In this document: positions 1-10,603 of the stretch, one piece after another | How the letters are laid out: each line of letters opens with the position of its first letter | Numbering within the stretch: the first letter of the stretch is position 1 | Position numbers and translations under genes: made by a program | Notes under the pieces: generated by a model | Seen by the model: the letters and a program-made list of their open reading frames with translations, nothing else | What the model was told of the DNA's origin: nothing | Databases searched by the model: none | DNA from: Paracoccaceae bacterium | Lineage (GTDB): Bacteria > Pseudomonadota > Alphaproteobacteria > Rhodobacterales > Rhodobacteraceae | Direction: 5' to 3' | NCBI GenBank assembly: GCA_039808285.1 | Contig: JBDHSQ010000003.1 | Coordinates: forward strand, 6,249 to 70,248 | DNA: 64,000 nucleotides

Positions 1-1148
1 GCGAACAGGTGGCGGTGACGCCCGGCAGGGTCGTCTACCGCAACCGTCTGATCGAGCTGATCCAGTACGAGCCCGCGACGGAGAAGGTGCGGCCCGAACC
101 GGTGCTGATCGTCCCGGCCTGGATCATGAAATACTACATCCTCGACCTCTCGCCCGAAAACTCCTTCGTGCGCTACCTGACGGAACAGGGCTTCACCGTC
201 TTCATGATCTCGTGGAAGAACCCCGATGCCGGCGACCGCGACCTGGGGATGGAGGACTATCTTCGGCTCGGCGTGATGGCGGCGATGGACGCCGTCCGCG
301 CGATCACCGGCCGGCCCAAGGTCCATGCCGCGGGCTATTGCCTGGGCGGCACGCTTCTTGCGATCGCCGCCGCGGCGATGGCGCGGGACGGCGACGGCAG
401 GATCGCTTCGCTCACCTTCCTGGCGACCCAGACCGATTTCACCGAGGCGGGGGAACTCACGCTCTTCATCAACGACAGCCAGATCGCGTTTCTGGAGGCG
501 ATGATGTGGGACAAGGGATACCTCGACACCCAGCAGATGGTCGGAGCCTTCCAGATGCTGCGCTCGAACGACCTCGTCTGGTCGCGGATGGTGCGGCACT
601 ACCTGATGGGCGAGCCAGAGACGATGAACGATCTCATGGCCTGGAACGCCGACGCGACGCGGATGCCCTACCGGATGCATTCGGAATACCTGCGCCACCT
701 GTTTCTGGAAAACGACCTTGCCGAGGGACGCTTCACCGCAGGCGGCCGGCCGGTCGCGCTTTCGGACATCCGGGTGCCGGTCTTCCTCGTGGGGACGGAG
801 CGCGACCATGTGGCGCCCTGGCGGTCGGTCTACAAGTTCCACCTGACGGCCGACACCGAGGTGACGTTCCTTCTGACCAATGGCGGGCACAATGCGGGCA
901 TCGTGTCCGAACCGGGGCATCCGCACCGTCATTACAGGATCCGGGATGCAGCGCGAGACGACGGCTATCTCGACCCCGACCGGTTCCTGGAAACGGTGCC
1001 GGTCAGGGATGGCTCCTGGTGGCCGGAACTGGTTGAATGGCTCGCCGCCCGGTCGGGCCAGCCGGTGGCGCCTCCATCTGCCGGGGCGCCCGAAAAGGGC
1101 TGCGCCCCCCTTGGCCCCGCGCCCGGAACCTATGTCTTCGCCACCTGA
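1..1148 (+). CDS. phaC: Poly(3-hydroxyalkanoate) synthase class I (PhaC), C-terminal part; the 5' end lies outside the window
   Basis: ORF 9..1148 stays open to the window edge. The translation carries the PhaC lipase-box G-x-C-x-G-G ([11 protein letters not shown]) and the PhaC-like stretch [30 protein letters not shown]. Confidence 0.85.
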   Translation, partial: EQVAVTPGRVVYRNRLIELIQYEPATEKVRPEPVLIVPAWIMKYYILDLSPENSFVRYLTEQGFTVFMISWKNPDAGDRDLGMEDYLRLGVMAAMDAVRAITGRPKVHAAGYCLGGTLLAIAAAAMARDGDGRIASLTFLATQTDFTEAGELTLFINDSQIAFLEAMMWDKGYLDTQQMVGAFQMLRSNDLVWSRMVRHYLMGEPETMNDLMAWNADATRMPYRMHSEYLRHLFLENDLAEGRFTAGGRPVALSDIRVPVFLVGTERDHVAPWRSVYKFHLTADTEVTFLLTNGGHNAGIVSEPGHPHRHYRIRDAARDDGYLDPDRFLETVPVRDGSWWPELVEWLAARSGQPVAPPSAGAPEKGCAPLGPAPGTYVFAT

Positions 1149-2313
1149 CCCTTCCCCATCCGCGAGGTTCCTTCCCGTGAAGCCCATCGAAAACCGCCCC
1201 TTCGACGACATCGCCGTGGGCGACACGGTCGACCTTCATGGTCGCGTCGTTTCAAAGGATGCGGCGCGGCAGTTCATCACGCTCGACTGTGCCGCTGCCG
1301 CCCCGGCGGCGGCGCGGGCCACCGCGGGCCGTCTGCGCGGCACCTCTCCGGCCGGACAGCTTGCCACCGCCGCAGGGGCTGCGTCCGGCGGTCAGGCGGC
1401 GCGGTTCCAGGCGCTCATCGCCGCGGCCGCCGGCTTGCCGCCGGCACGCGCGGCCGTCGTGCATCCCTGCGACACGCTTTCGCTCAAGGGCGCCCTGGAG
1501 GCAGCGGACAAGGGCATGATCGTGCCCGTCCTCGTCGGCCCCCGGGGCAAGATCGAGGCCGCCGCGCAGGAGGCGGGGGCGAGCCTGAAGGGAATCGAGA
1601 TCATCGAGGCGCCGCACAGCCATGCCGCCGCCGAACGTGCCGTCGCGCTGGTGCGCGAAGGCAAGGCCGAGCTTCTGATGAAGGGCAAGCTGCACACCGA
1701 CGAGCTGATGGCGCCGGCCGTCGATCCCGACCGGGGTCTGAGGACCGAAAGACGGATGAGCCACGTCTTCGCACTCGACGTGCCGCATTATCCGAAGCTT
1801 CTCTTCATCACCGATGCCGCCATCAACATCTTCCCCGACCTGGAGACCAAGCGCGACATCGTCCAGAACGCCATCGACCTTGCCCAGGCGCTGGGAATCG
1901 GCCGGCCCAAGGTGGCGCTCCTGTCGGCGGTCGAGACGGTCTATCCCAAGATTCCCTCCACGATCGAAGCGGCGGCGCTGTGCAAGATGCTGGATCGCGG
2001 CCAGATCACGGGAGGGGTGCTCGACGGCCCCCTCGCCATCGACAACGCGATTTCCAGGGAGGCGGCCGCGGCAAAAGGCATAAGCTCGGAGGTCGCGGGC
2101 GATGCCGACATCCTGATGGTGCCTGACCTCGAGGCGGGCAACATGATCGCCAAGCAGCTTGTCTACCTCGCCTCGGCCCAAGCCGCGGGGATCGTTCTTG
2201 GCGCGCGCGTCCCGATCGTTCTCACCAGCCGCGCCGACGGCGTTCTGGCGCGCCTTGCCTCGACGGCGATGGCCAGGATCCACGCCGCGCATCACCGCGC
2301 ACCGCGGCAGTAG
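1132..2313 (+). CDS. Phosphate acetyl/butyryl-transferase family protein with a short MaoC-like N-terminal remnant
   Basis: The ATG at 1132 lies in the frame of ORF 880..2313 and overlaps the phaC stop by 17 nt. The C-terminal ~300 aa match the PTA_PTB fold ([53 protein letters not shown]). The start codon choice is uncertain. Confidence 0.75.
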   Translation: MSSPPDPSPSARFLPVKPIENRPFDDIAVGDTVDLHGRVVSKDAARQFITLDCAAAAPAAARATAGRLRGTSPAGQLATAAGAASGGQAARFQALIAAAAGLPPARAAVVHPCDTLSLKGALEAADKGMIVPVLVGPRGKIEAAAQEAGASLKGIEIIEAPHSHAAAERAVALVREGKAELLMKGKLHTDELMAPAVDPDRGLRTERRMSHVFALDVPHYPKLLFITDAAINIFPDLETKRDIVQNAIDLAQALGIGRPKVALLSAVETVYPKIPSTIEAAALCKMLDRGQITGGVLDGPLAIDNAISREAAAAKGISSEVAGDADILMVPDLEAGNMIAKQLVYLASAQAAGIVLGARVPIVLTSRADGVLARLASTAMARIHAAHHRAPRQ

Positions 2314-2318
2314 GCCGG

Positions 2319-4991
2319 TCAGGCCGCGACACGCCTCGGCCGGTCGCCGATACCGAGAGCGAGCAGGATCTGCCCGGCAACCAGCGGCAGGGCGCTCATT
2401 CCGACGGCGAGCGCTATTCCGGCGCGCCCAGGGTGCGGCAGATCGAGGAGCCCGGCAAGACCCGGCTGGACCAGCGCGAGGCCGACAAGTCCGACGCAGA
2501 GGCCGAGCGCGCCCCAGACCCAGGGGTTGCGGGTGACGTCGTTGACGAAAAGCCGGCCGCCGTCGGTGCGGACATTGAACACGTTCCACAGCTGCGCCAG
2601 CGCGAGCGTGAGGAACGCAACCGTGATCGCCTGCTCGCCCGGCAGGCCGAGCCGGCCGAGCGCGAGCCAGAAGGCCGCAAGCGCTGCCGCCGTGATCACG
2701 CCGCCGAGGATGCCGATCATCAGCCACTCCGGTCGGCCGGCGATGGGTTCGGCCGGATCGCGCGGCGGCCGGTCCATGATGCCGCCGTCGCCGCGCCCCA
2801 GCCCCAGGGCGAAGGCGGGGAAGACATCGGTCACGAGGTTGAGAAACAGGATCTGCAGCGGCATGAGCGGCGGCGGCAGGCCGGCGGCGACGGCGAGGCC
2901 GACCACCAGCACCTCGGACACATTGCAGGACATGAGATAGACGACAAAACGGCGGATATTGTCGAAGATCACCCGACCCTGCCGCATCGCCGAGATGATC
3001 GTGGCGAAGGCGTCGTCCTTCAGCACCATGTCGGCCGCCTCGCGCGCGACATCGGTGCCGCGCTTGCCCATTGCGATGCCGATATGAGCCTGGCGCAGGG
3101 CGGGTGCGTCATTCACCCCATCGCCGGTCATGGCGACGACATGGCCCGCGTCCTGGAAGAGCCGAACCAGCGCCAACTTGGTTTCCGGTGCCACCCGCGC
3201 GAAGACGTCGGCGCCGGCCAGGCGGGCACGCGCCGCTTCATCGGCATGGCCCGCGTCCAGCGCCCGCAGCGAATGCCCCTCGACCACGCGCAGGCCGCCG
3301 TTGCCGAGCCCCGCCTCGCGCGCGATGGCGGCGGCGGTAGCGGCATGGTCTCCGGTCAGCATCACGACGCGCACCCCCGCGCGCCGGCCAGCGCCGATCG
3401 CCGCCGGCACATCCGCCCGGAGCGGATCGCGCAGGCACACGACGGCCACGAGCGTGAGCCCCTCGTAGGGCGGGGTGTCTGCCCTGCCGGCCTGCTTCAT
3501 CGCCAGCGCGATGAGACGCAGGCCACCGGCTGCCGCCTGCGACTGGCGCCGTGCCCAGCCGGCCCGCCGCCCGACGTCGAGAGGGCGCGTCCCGTCCCCG
3601 GTCCATTCCTCCGTGCAGGCCGCCAACACCCGTTCGGGCGCGCCTTTCACCGCGAAAAGATGGCCCTCCCCGTCCCGGTGCACTGTCGCCATCATTCTGT
3701 GAACCGGATCGAAGGCATGTTCGGCCACCTCCGGCCAGCGCCCGGCAAGCGCGGCCCGGCCCATCCCCGCCGCTTCCGCCACCTCGAGAAGCGCCAGTTC
3801 CATCGGGTCGCCGCTTCGGTCCTCGTCCGTCCCGTCGCCGGGTTCGGCGGTGGTGCAGAGCGCGCCGATCCTCAGCGCGAGGTGAAGCCTGGCGTCAGCG
3901 GCGCCGGGCGTGACGGGGATGTCGCCGTCGGGCAGAAGATACCGCACGACGGCCATCCGGTTCTCGGTCAGCGTTCCGGTCTTGTCGGTCAGGATCAGCG
4001 TCGTGGCCCCCAGCGTCTCGACGGATGCAAGGTTCGTGATGATCGCGTTGCGCGCGGCCATCCGCCACATCCCTCGTGCCAGACAGAGCGTCGCCACCAC
4101 CGGCAGCCCCTCGGGTACCGCGGCCACGGCAAGCGCGATGCCCGTCCCGAGCATGTCCGCAAAGGGATGGCCATGCGCGACGCCAGCCGCGACCATCATC
4201 ACGGCCAGCCCGAGCATCAGCCAGACAAGACGCTGCCCGAGCCGGTCGAGCCGGCGTTCGAGAACCGACGCGGCCTCGCCCGCGGTTTCCGTCAGCGCAC
4301 TGATCCGCCCGATCTCCGTCGCCATCCCGGTGGCCGTGACGATCCCCTCGCCGGTGCCCTTGGTGATCGCCGCCCCCTTGAAGACCATGCCGGTGCGGTC
4401 ACCGGTTGCCGCCGTTGCCGGCACGGCGGCAGCCGATTTGGCGACAGGCACCGATTCGCCGGTCAGGATGGCTTCGCTGCTTTCGAGGTTCGACGCGCGG
4501 ACGAGCCTGAGGTCGGCGGTGACGATGTCGCCGGCTTCGAGGATCACGAGGTCGCCGGGCACCAGATCCTGCGCGTCGACCCGGCTTGCCCGCGCGTCCC
4601 GCCGCACCAGCGTCCGGACCCGGGCGATCCGCCGCAGCGATTCCATCGAGCGGACGGCCCGAAGCTCGGTCAGGAAGCCGATCCCGGTGTTGATCGCGAG
4701 AACGGAAAGGATCGCAGCCCCTTCGGCGTGATCCCGAAGCGAAAACGACAGGACCGCGGCGGCGGCCAGCAACCAGACGAGAACGCTCCCGAACTGGTGG
4801 GCGAGAATCCTTTGCCAGCCTTTCCGGCGATGGGCGCGAAGACGGTTCGGTCCGTGGACACGCAGCCGGCGACCGGCCTCCTCCCGGGAAAGCCCCTTCG
4901 CAGGGTCGCACCCCAGCGCGCGGGCGACCTCGACCCACGGTCGCGCGAAGGGGGCTTTCAAGACCTCGTCCGACATGCCCGTCCCGGTCAT
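2319..4991 (-). CDS. Cation-translocating P-type ATPase (type II-like; ion specificity unknown)
   Basis: 890-aa ORF with the TGES motif (ILTGESVPV), the phosphorylation motif DKTGTLT (LTDKTGTLTENRM), the hinge MTGDGVNDAPAL and multiple hydrophobic segments. Confidence 0.9.
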   Translation of the reverse strand: MTGTGMSDEVLKAPFARPWVEVARALGCDPAKGLSREEAGRRLRVHGPNRLRAHRRKGWQRILAHQFGSVLVWLLAAAAVLSFSLRDHAEGAAILSVLAINTGIGFLTELRAVRSMESLRRIARVRTLVRRDARASRVDAQDLVPGDLVILEAGDIVTADLRLVRASNLESSEAILTGESVPVAKSAAAVPATAATGDRTGMVFKGAAITKGTGEGIVTATGMATEIGRISALTETAGEAASVLERRLDRLGQRLVWLMLGLAVMMVAAGVAHGHPFADMLGTGIALAVAAVPEGLPVVATLCLARGMWRMAARNAIITNLASVETLGATTLILTDKTGTLTENRMAVVRYLLPDGDIPVTPGAADARLHLALRIGALCTTAEPGDGTDEDRSGDPMELALLEVAEAAGMGRAALAGRWPEVAEHAFDPVHRMMATVHRDGEGHLFAVKGAPERVLAACTEEWTGDGTRPLDVGRRAGWARRQSQAAAGGLRLIALAMKQAGRADTPPYEGLTLVAVVCLRDPLRADVPAAIGAGRRAGVRVVMLTGDHAATAAAIAREAGLGNGGLRVVEGHSLRALDAGHADEAARARLAGADVFARVAPETKLALVRLFQDAGHVVAMTGDGVNDAPALRQAHIGIAMGKRGTDVAREAADMVLKDDAFATIISAMRQGRVIFDNIRRFVVYLMSCNVSEVLVVGLAVAAGLPPPLMPLQILFLNLVTDVFPAFALGLGRGDGGIMDRPPRDPAEPIAGRPEWLMIGILGGVITAAALAAFWLALGRLGLPGEQAITVAFLTLALAQLWNVFNVRTDGGRLFVNDVTRNPWVWGALGLCVGLVGLALVQPGLAGLLDLPHPGRAGIALAVGMSALPLVAGQILLALGIGDRPRRVAA

Positions 4992-5039
4992 TGCCCGTCA
5001 CCGCCGCCGCGGGCCCGGCCGGCGCCGCGATTCGCCCGG

Positions 5040-5474
5040 TCAGACCGGCGTTGCGTGCTTCGCGTGAAGCTCCGCCGCTTCGCGCTGAATCTCCTCGAGC
5101 GTTTCGGCGCCGGCGCCGACCTCGCTGTTGACCATGTGCCCGGCACATCGGGCCCAGAGTTCTGCCCATTCGCGCATGTCCTCGGCCATGCGCTCGGCCG
5201 AATGCGCCTGCCAGTCGCGGAACGCCTGAAGCGCGCCAACGGCATCGGCCGGATTGGCCTCTGCCGCCTGTTCGCAAGCCTTCAGCGCGCCAAGCGCGGC
5301 TTCGTGGCGGCGCGCGAACCAGTGGCGCGCGAAGGCCTCGGCCTCGTTCAGGATCCGTTCCTGCGCCTTCCAGAACTGTTTCATCTGCGGTCCCATCAGC
5401 GCCCCCGCGGGCATGGGCACCGCCGTGAACCCGCCAGCGCCCGTTCCCCCCGCCGTGGTCTTTGCGCGAGCCAT
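5040..5474 (-). CDS. Hypothetical Ala/Glu-rich helical protein, possibly phasin-like
   Basis: The ATG at 5474 is preceded by AAGGAGG and gives 144 aa. The composition and helical character are reminiscent of PHA granule phasins, and phaC is nearby. The family call is from memory only. Confidence 0.45.
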   Translation of the reverse strand: MARAKTTAGGTGAGGFTAVPMPAGALMGPQMKQFWKAQERILNEAEAFARHWFARRHEAALGALKACEQAAEANPADAVGALQAFRDWQAHSAERMAEDMREWAELWARCAGHMVNSEVGAGAETLEEIQREAAELHAKHATPV

Positions 5475-5691
5475 TCGAGCCTCCTTGCCAATCACCCGTG
5501 CCACCTTGGCCTTGCGGCGCCCGGCGCGCATTGACGTGAGTCAAGCCCCCGCCCGGGCTGCCCTGCACCCTCGCAACCGTATATGGTGTGCACCCGGCTG
5601 AACGCAAACCGCATCAACCCGGCGCGCGCCATGTTCCGTTTCGCCCCGCGATGCCCTATATGACTGGTCCCCGACAGGACCGGACAGCCCG

Positions 5692-6876
5692 ATGACCGAC
5701 CAGAGCCCCAGCGCCCCGATCACCCAGGACGTGGTGACGATTGCCCGCCGCCTTCCCGAAGGCGGACGGGTGAATCTTGTCGGCCTCACCCGTGACCAGT
5801 TCCGCGACGCGCTCGTCGCCGCAGGCACGCCCGAAAAGCAGGCCAAAATGCGGGTGGGCCAGATCTGGCAGTGGATCTACCACTGGGGCGTGCGCGACTT
5901 TGCCGCGATGACCAACCTTGCCAAGGAGTACCGGGCGATGCTGGCCGAACGGTTCGAGATCGCCCTGCCCGAGGTGGTGGCGCGGCAGGTCTCGGCCGAC
6001 GGAACCCGCAAGTATCTCCTGCGCATCGCCGGCGGGCACGAGGTGGAGACCGTCTACATCCCCGAGGAAAACCGCGGCACGCTCTGCATCTCGTCCCAGG
6101 TCGGCTGCACGCTGACCTGTTCGTTCTGCCACACCGGGACGCAGAAGCTGGTCAGGAACCTGACGGCGGGCGAGATCGTCGGCCAGGTCATGGTCGCGCG
6201 CGACGACCTTGGCGAATGGCCGATACCGGGGGCGCCCAAGGACGAGACGCGGCTTGTCTCCAACGTCGTGCTGATGGGCATGGGCGAGCCGCTCTACAAT
6301 TTCGAGAACGTCCGCGATGCGATGGGCGTGGTGATGGACGGCGAGGGGCTTTCGCTGTCGCGCCGGCGGATCACGCTGTCGACCTCGGGCGTGGTGCCGG
6401 AGATCGCGCGGGCGGCCGAGGAGATCGGCTGCCTGCTGGCGGTCAGCTTCCATGCCACCACCGACGAGGTGCGCGACCGGCTGGTGCCGATCAACAAGCG
6501 CTGGAACATCGAGACGCTTCTGGGCGCGCTCAGGGACTACCCGCGGCTGTCGAACTCCGAACGCATCACGTTCGAGTATGTCATGCTGAAGGGCGTGAAC
6601 GACAGTGACGCCGACGCCCGCCGGCTGGTCAGGCTGATCGCCGGGATCCCGGCCAAGATCAACCTGATCCCCTTCAACGAATGGCCCGGCGCACCCTACG
6701 AGCGCAGCGACTGGGAGCGGATCGAGGCCTTCGCCGACATCATCTACAAGGCGGGCTATGCCAGCCCGATCCGCACGCCGCGGGGCGAGGACATCATGGC
6801 CGCCTGCGGGCAGCTCAAGTCCGCGACCGAGCGCGCCCGCAGGAACCGCGCGGCGCCCGCGGTACCGGAGGCCTGA
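5692..6876 (+). CDS. rlmN: 23S rRNA (adenine2503-C2)-methyltransferase / tRNA m2A37 methyltransferase, radical SAM
   Basis: 394 aa with the radical-SAM cluster motif [20 protein letters not shown] and the C-terminal ACGQL motif typical of RlmN. Confidence 0.95.
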   Translation: MTDQSPSAPITQDVVTIARRLPEGGRVNLVGLTRDQFRDALVAAGTPEKQAKMRVGQIWQWIYHWGVRDFAAMTNLAKEYRAMLAERFEIALPEVVARQVSADGTRKYLLRIAGGHEVETVYIPEENRGTLCISSQVGCTLTCSFCHTGTQKLVRNLTAGEIVGQVMVARDDLGEWPIPGAPKDETRLVSNVVLMGMGEPLYNFENVRDAMGVVMDGEGLSLSRRRITLSTSGVVPEIARAAEEIGCLLAVSFHATTDEVRDRLVPINKRWNIETLLGALRDYPRLSNSERITFEYVMLKGVNDSDADARRLVRLIAGIPAKINLIPFNEWPGAPYERSDWERIEAFADIIYKAGYASPIRTPRGEDIMAACGQLKSATERARRNRAAPAVPEA

Positions 6877-6877
6877 C

Positions 6878-8887
6878 CTAGCCCGTCGCGATCCGTGGCC
6901 GGCCCTTGGCGGTCACGCGCAGGCGGGCCTCGATGAACATCGGCCGGCCCTCGATCTCGATCTCGGTCAGGTCGCGGTCAGTCACCAGCCGCATCTCCTC
7001 CACCCCTGCGCGGCGGGCGCGATCCGACGCAGCCGTCGACAGGGCCTGTTCCAGCGCCGCCATTGCACGGTCGCGGTCGCTGAAGCGGGCCGGGCCGTCG
7101 GGCATGTGCGCGACGAAAGTTCCGACCGAAGGGCTCGTCACCGTGCCTTCCGCGTGCATGGCGACCTGGCCGACGACCGCCCCGATGGCGTTGGCGACGC
7201 CGGCATGTTCCGGCAGGATCATCCGCGCGCGAAGCCTTTCGCCCACCGCGCCGTAGTAGGAGGGCGCGGAGGCGCCGAGGCCGATGACCGGCACGCCGAG
7301 CCGCGCCTCGATCCCGACAACGCCGCGGTAGCCGTCGAGACCCGCGCGCATGAGCGTGTGCCGCGCCAGCCGCTCCGGCGCCTCACCCCAGCCGCGCCCG
7401 TCCTCGGCGAAGGCCGCTTCGAGCAGGCAGTCGACGGTCTGCGCCGTCAACTGGCTGATGATCGCCTGCGCCAGCTCTTCGGGACCGGCCGCGACCCGGT
7501 CGCCGTGCCCGTTGCGCCGCTTGGCAAAGAGCGCGAGCGCCTTGCGCGCCGCGCCCGCGTCCCAGCACTCCAGCCGGCCCAGCCCGTGCGAGGCGTCCGA
7601 AGGCGTGAGGCCCGAAACCATCACCAGCCCGCGCGACACGAGCCGCATCAGCGCCGGGATTTCGGGCCGGGTGCGGATCGCGTCGACCATCCGCACCGGC
7701 CCCTCCATGAGCCGCTCCACCACCGCCTCCTCGCGCCCGGCAAGGCCCTGCGGCGGCGTGCCGTGCCACATCGGCAGGACGAAACGGCCGTCATATTCGC
7801 CCGTGCTCTCACCCGCGAGCCAGGCATCGAGCGCGTCGTGCACAAGACCGGGCCAGTCCTGTGCCATCAGCGACACGGGCAGAAGCCGGCGCGGCCCGAG
7901 GCGCAGCACCGTGCCGAGCCCCTCGATCAGGTGCACCTCGCTGTCGCCGCCAAGGCCGGTGGTGCGCATCGCCACCGCCTCCACCATCGTGCGGAAGGCG
8001 CCGACGCGGGCGCCTTCCGGGTCGATCGAAGGCCGGCCGTCGCGCAGGAGGCAGATGTCGGTCGTCGTGCCGCCGATGTCGGAGACCAGCGCGTCGGTTT
8101 CGCCGGTCAGCCAGCTTGCGCCGGCGATGGAGGCGGCGGGGCCGGAAAGGATCGTCTCGATCGGACGTTCGCGGGCGAGCGCGGCCGAAACCAGCGCGCC
8201 GTCGCCGCGCACGACCATCAGCGGCGCGACGATGCCGCGCCGCTCCATATGCGCCTCGCAGGCGGAGATGAGGCGGTCGATCATGCCGATGAGCCGGGCG
8301 TTCAAGACGGCGGTCAGGGCCCGCCGCGGGCCGTTCAGCCCGGCGGAAAGTTCATGGGAACAGGTGACGGGAAGACCGGTCAGCCGGCGGATCAGATCGC
8401 GCGCCGCGGTCTCGTGGCCGGGGTTGCGGGTGGCGAAGCTCGCGGCGACGGCAAAGCCGGTGAGGCCGGGCGGCAGCGCGGCGATTGCAGCCTCGAGCCT
8501 TGCCAGATCGAGCGCGGCGATCTCGGTTCCCGAATGGCTGTGCCCGCCGGGAAGCAGGATCACCGGGTCGCCCTTCAACGCCTCCTCCAGCCCCGCGCGG
8601 GCCAGCTCCGGCCCCTCGAAGCCGATGAAGACCAGGGCCACGCGGCCGCCCTGGCCTTCCACCAGTGCGTTGGTGGCGAGCGTCGTCGACAGCGACACCA
8701 TCGCGATCGCCCCCGGCGCGATGCCCGAGGCCTCGAGCGCGGCGTCGATGGCGCCGCCCACGCCCTTCGACAGGTCGGGCCGGGTGGTCAGGGACTTGGC
8801 CGAGGCGACGACGCGGTCCTCGGCCTCGTCGAGGATCGCCGCGTCGGTGTAGGTGCCGCCGGTATCGACGCCGAGAAGATATGCCAT
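6878..8887 (-). CDS. Hydantoinase/oxoprolinase (HyuA-like) family protein
   Basis: 669 aa with an N-terminal LGVDTGGTYTDAAIL actin-like ATPase motif and a second DIGGTTTD motif. No HyuB-like partner is adjacent. Confidence 0.8.
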   Translation of the reverse strand: MAYLLGVDTGGTYTDAAILDEAEDRVVASAKSLTTRPDLSKGVGGAIDAALEASGIAPGAIAMVSLSTTLATNALVEGQGGRVALVFIGFEGPELARAGLEEALKGDPVILLPGGHSHSGTEIAALDLARLEAAIAALPPGLTGFAVAASFATRNPGHETAARDLIRRLTGLPVTCSHELSAGLNGPRRALTAVLNARLIGMIDRLISACEAHMERRGIVAPLMVVRGDGALVSAALARERPIETILSGPAASIAGASWLTGETDALVSDIGGTTTDICLLRDGRPSIDPEGARVGAFRTMVEAVAMRTTGLGGDSEVHLIEGLGTVLRLGPRRLLPVSLMAQDWPGLVHDALDAWLAGESTGEYDGRFVLPMWHGTPPQGLAGREEAVVERLMEGPVRMVDAIRTRPEIPALMRLVSRGLVMVSGLTPSDASHGLGRLECWDAGAARKALALFAKRRNGHGDRVAAGPEELAQAIISQLTAQTVDCLLEAAFAEDGRGWGEAPERLARHTLMRAGLDGYRGVVGIEARLGVPVIGLGASAPSYYGAVGERLRARMILPEHAGVANAIGAVVGQVAMHAEGTVTSPSVGTFVAHMPDGPARFSDRDRAMAALEQALSTAASDRARRAGVEEMRLVTDRDLTEIEIEGRPMFIEARLRVTAKGRPRIATG

Positions 8888-8896
8888 CTGCCGTTC

Positions 8897-10552
8897 CTAT
8901 CGGGTATCCTTGAGTATCCGTCCGGCGCCGATCCACCCGACCAGGATGCTGGGGGCATTGGTATTGCCGCCGATGAGCGTCGGAAAGACCGAGGCGTCGC
9001 AGACGCGCAGCCCCTCCACCCCGCGCAGACGCAGGTCCGGGTCGACGGCGGATGTCGCCGGATCGCACCCCATGCGGACGGTGCAGGAGGGGTGATAGAC
9101 GGTCCCCGACCGGGCACGGAAATCGGCGATGAGGTCGGCGTCGGACTGCACCTGCGGGCCCGGGCGCAGTTCCTCGGCGACCAGCGACCGGATCGGTTCC
9201 TGCGCGGCGATCCGGCGCAGGAATTTCACCGCCGCCAGCATCTCGGCCACGTCGCGATCGGTCGAATAGGCGTTCGCGACGATCCGCGGATGAGCGAAGG
9301 GATCGGCACTTTTCAACGTGATCTCGCCGCGGCTCGTCGGGCGGCAGTTCGACAGGCCGATCGAAAGGCCCGAAAACGGATCGGGCGTGAGAAGCGGCCG
9401 TTCCCCGCCGCGCGGGATCAGGGTGGAAAAGGCCTGGAAATAGAGCTGCATGTTGGGGCGCGGCAGGTCCGGCGAAGTGCGAAAGAACCCGCCCGCGTGG
9501 TTGATCGACTTGGCCAGCGGCCCGGTTCCGGCCAGGACGTATTTCATCCCCACCAGCAGCTTGCCCCACCACGGGCGGAGGATGTCGTTGTAGGTGGGCA
9601 CCTTCATCGACCAGGTGTAGTTCAGCCCCTGATGGTCGCAGAGATTGCGCCCGACCTGCGGCGCATCGGCGATCACCTCGATGCCATGATCCCTCAGATG
9701 CGCGGCGGGTCCGATGCCCGACAGCATCAGAAGCTGCGGCGATCCGATCGCCCCGGCGGAGAGGATCACCTCGGACAAGGCTCTGACCTGGCCGGAAACG
9801 CCCTTCCGCCGGTATTCCACACCAACGGCCCGCTGCCCCTCGAACAAAACCCGCGTCACCTGCGCATTGGTCAGGACAGCGACATTCGGCCGCTTCATGG
9901 CCGGCCTGAGGAAGGCCCGCGCCGCCGAATTCCGCCGGGCCTTGCGGATCGTCATCTGGTAGACGCCGACGCCCTCCTGTCCGGCGCCGTTGAAGTCCTC
10001 GTTGCGGGAAAGGCCGGTGGCTTCGGCCGATCGCAGGAACGTCTCGACCAGCGGATGCAGGTCGCGCCGGTTGGCCGAGATGAACAGCGGCCCGCCCGTG
10101 CCGCGCCAGTCGTCGCCGCCCGCCTCGTTGTCCTCGATGGCGCGATAGGCGGCGCGGGCGGCCTGCCAGCCCCACTCCGGCCCGGCCGCCGCCTCCCAGT
10201 CCTCGTAGTCACCCGCGTGGCCGCGAATCCACACCATCGCGTTGATGGAACTTGATCCGCCGAGGATCTTCCCCCTCGGCCAGTGATCGCGGTTGCCCGC
10301 AAGGCCGGGGTCGGGCTCGGTCGCGTAAAGCCAGTTGACGGCGGGGTCGTAGAAAAGCTTGCCGTAGCCGAGCGGCATCTGGACGTAGAACCGCCGGTCG
10401 CTGCCGCCGGCCTCGATCACCAGCACCCGGTGCCGGCCGCCGGCCGACAGCCGTTCGGCAAGGACGCAGCCGGCAGAGCCTGCGCCCACGATGATGTAGT
10501 CGAATGCCGCGCCGTCCACGTCCGTTCCCCGTTCGCAGCCCCTGAATCTCAC
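8897..10552 (-). CDS. GMC family oxidoreductase (choline dehydrogenase-like)
   Basis: 551 aa with an FAD-binding N-terminus FDYIIVGAGSAGCVLAERLS and overall GMC-type similarity. GTG start at 10552; a later start is possible. Confidence 0.85.
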   Translation of the reverse strand: MRFRGCERGTDVDGAAFDYIIVGAGSAGCVLAERLSAGGRHRVLVIEAGGSDRRFYVQMPLGYGKLFYDPAVNWLYATEPDPGLAGNRDHWPRGKILGGSSSINAMVWIRGHAGDYEDWEAAAGPEWGWQAARAAYRAIEDNEAGGDDWRGTGGPLFISANRRDLHPLVETFLRSAEATGLSRNEDFNGAGQEGVGVYQMTIRKARRNSAARAFLRPAMKRPNVAVLTNAQVTRVLFEGQRAVGVEYRRKGVSGQVRALSEVILSAGAIGSPQLLMLSGIGPAAHLRDHGIEVIADAPQVGRNLCDHQGLNYTWSMKVPTYNDILRPWWGKLLVGMKYVLAGTGPLAKSINHAGGFFRTSPDLPRPNMQLYFQAFSTLIPRGGERPLLTPDPFSGLSIGLSNCRPTSRGEITLKSADPFAHPRIVANAYSTDRDVAEMLAAVKFLRRIAAQEPIRSLVAEELRPGPQVQSDADLIADFRARSGTVYHPSCTVRMGCDPATSAVDPDLRLRGVEGLRVCDASVFPTLIGGNTNAPSILVGWIGAGRILKDTR

Positions 10553-10603
10553 GCGCGGCAGGCCGGTGCCGCGCGGTTTGCGACAGAGAAGGTCGCTTGC
10601 CGG

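Noticed and set aside
2433-5534. Very long alternative-frame or antisense ORFs. Examples: 2433..5534 (1033 aa), 6758..10255 (1165 aa), 10685..13390, 12642..15584, 15556..18270, 18541..20949, 21746..23467, 23148..24287, 44655..49493 (1612 aa) and 61235..63175.
   Set aside because: Their translations are Arg/Pro/Gly/Ala-rich low-complexity strings with no recognisable motifs. Each lies opposite, or out of frame with, a gene that shows clear family signatures. Long open shadow frames are expected in GC-rich DNA because stop codons are AT-rich.
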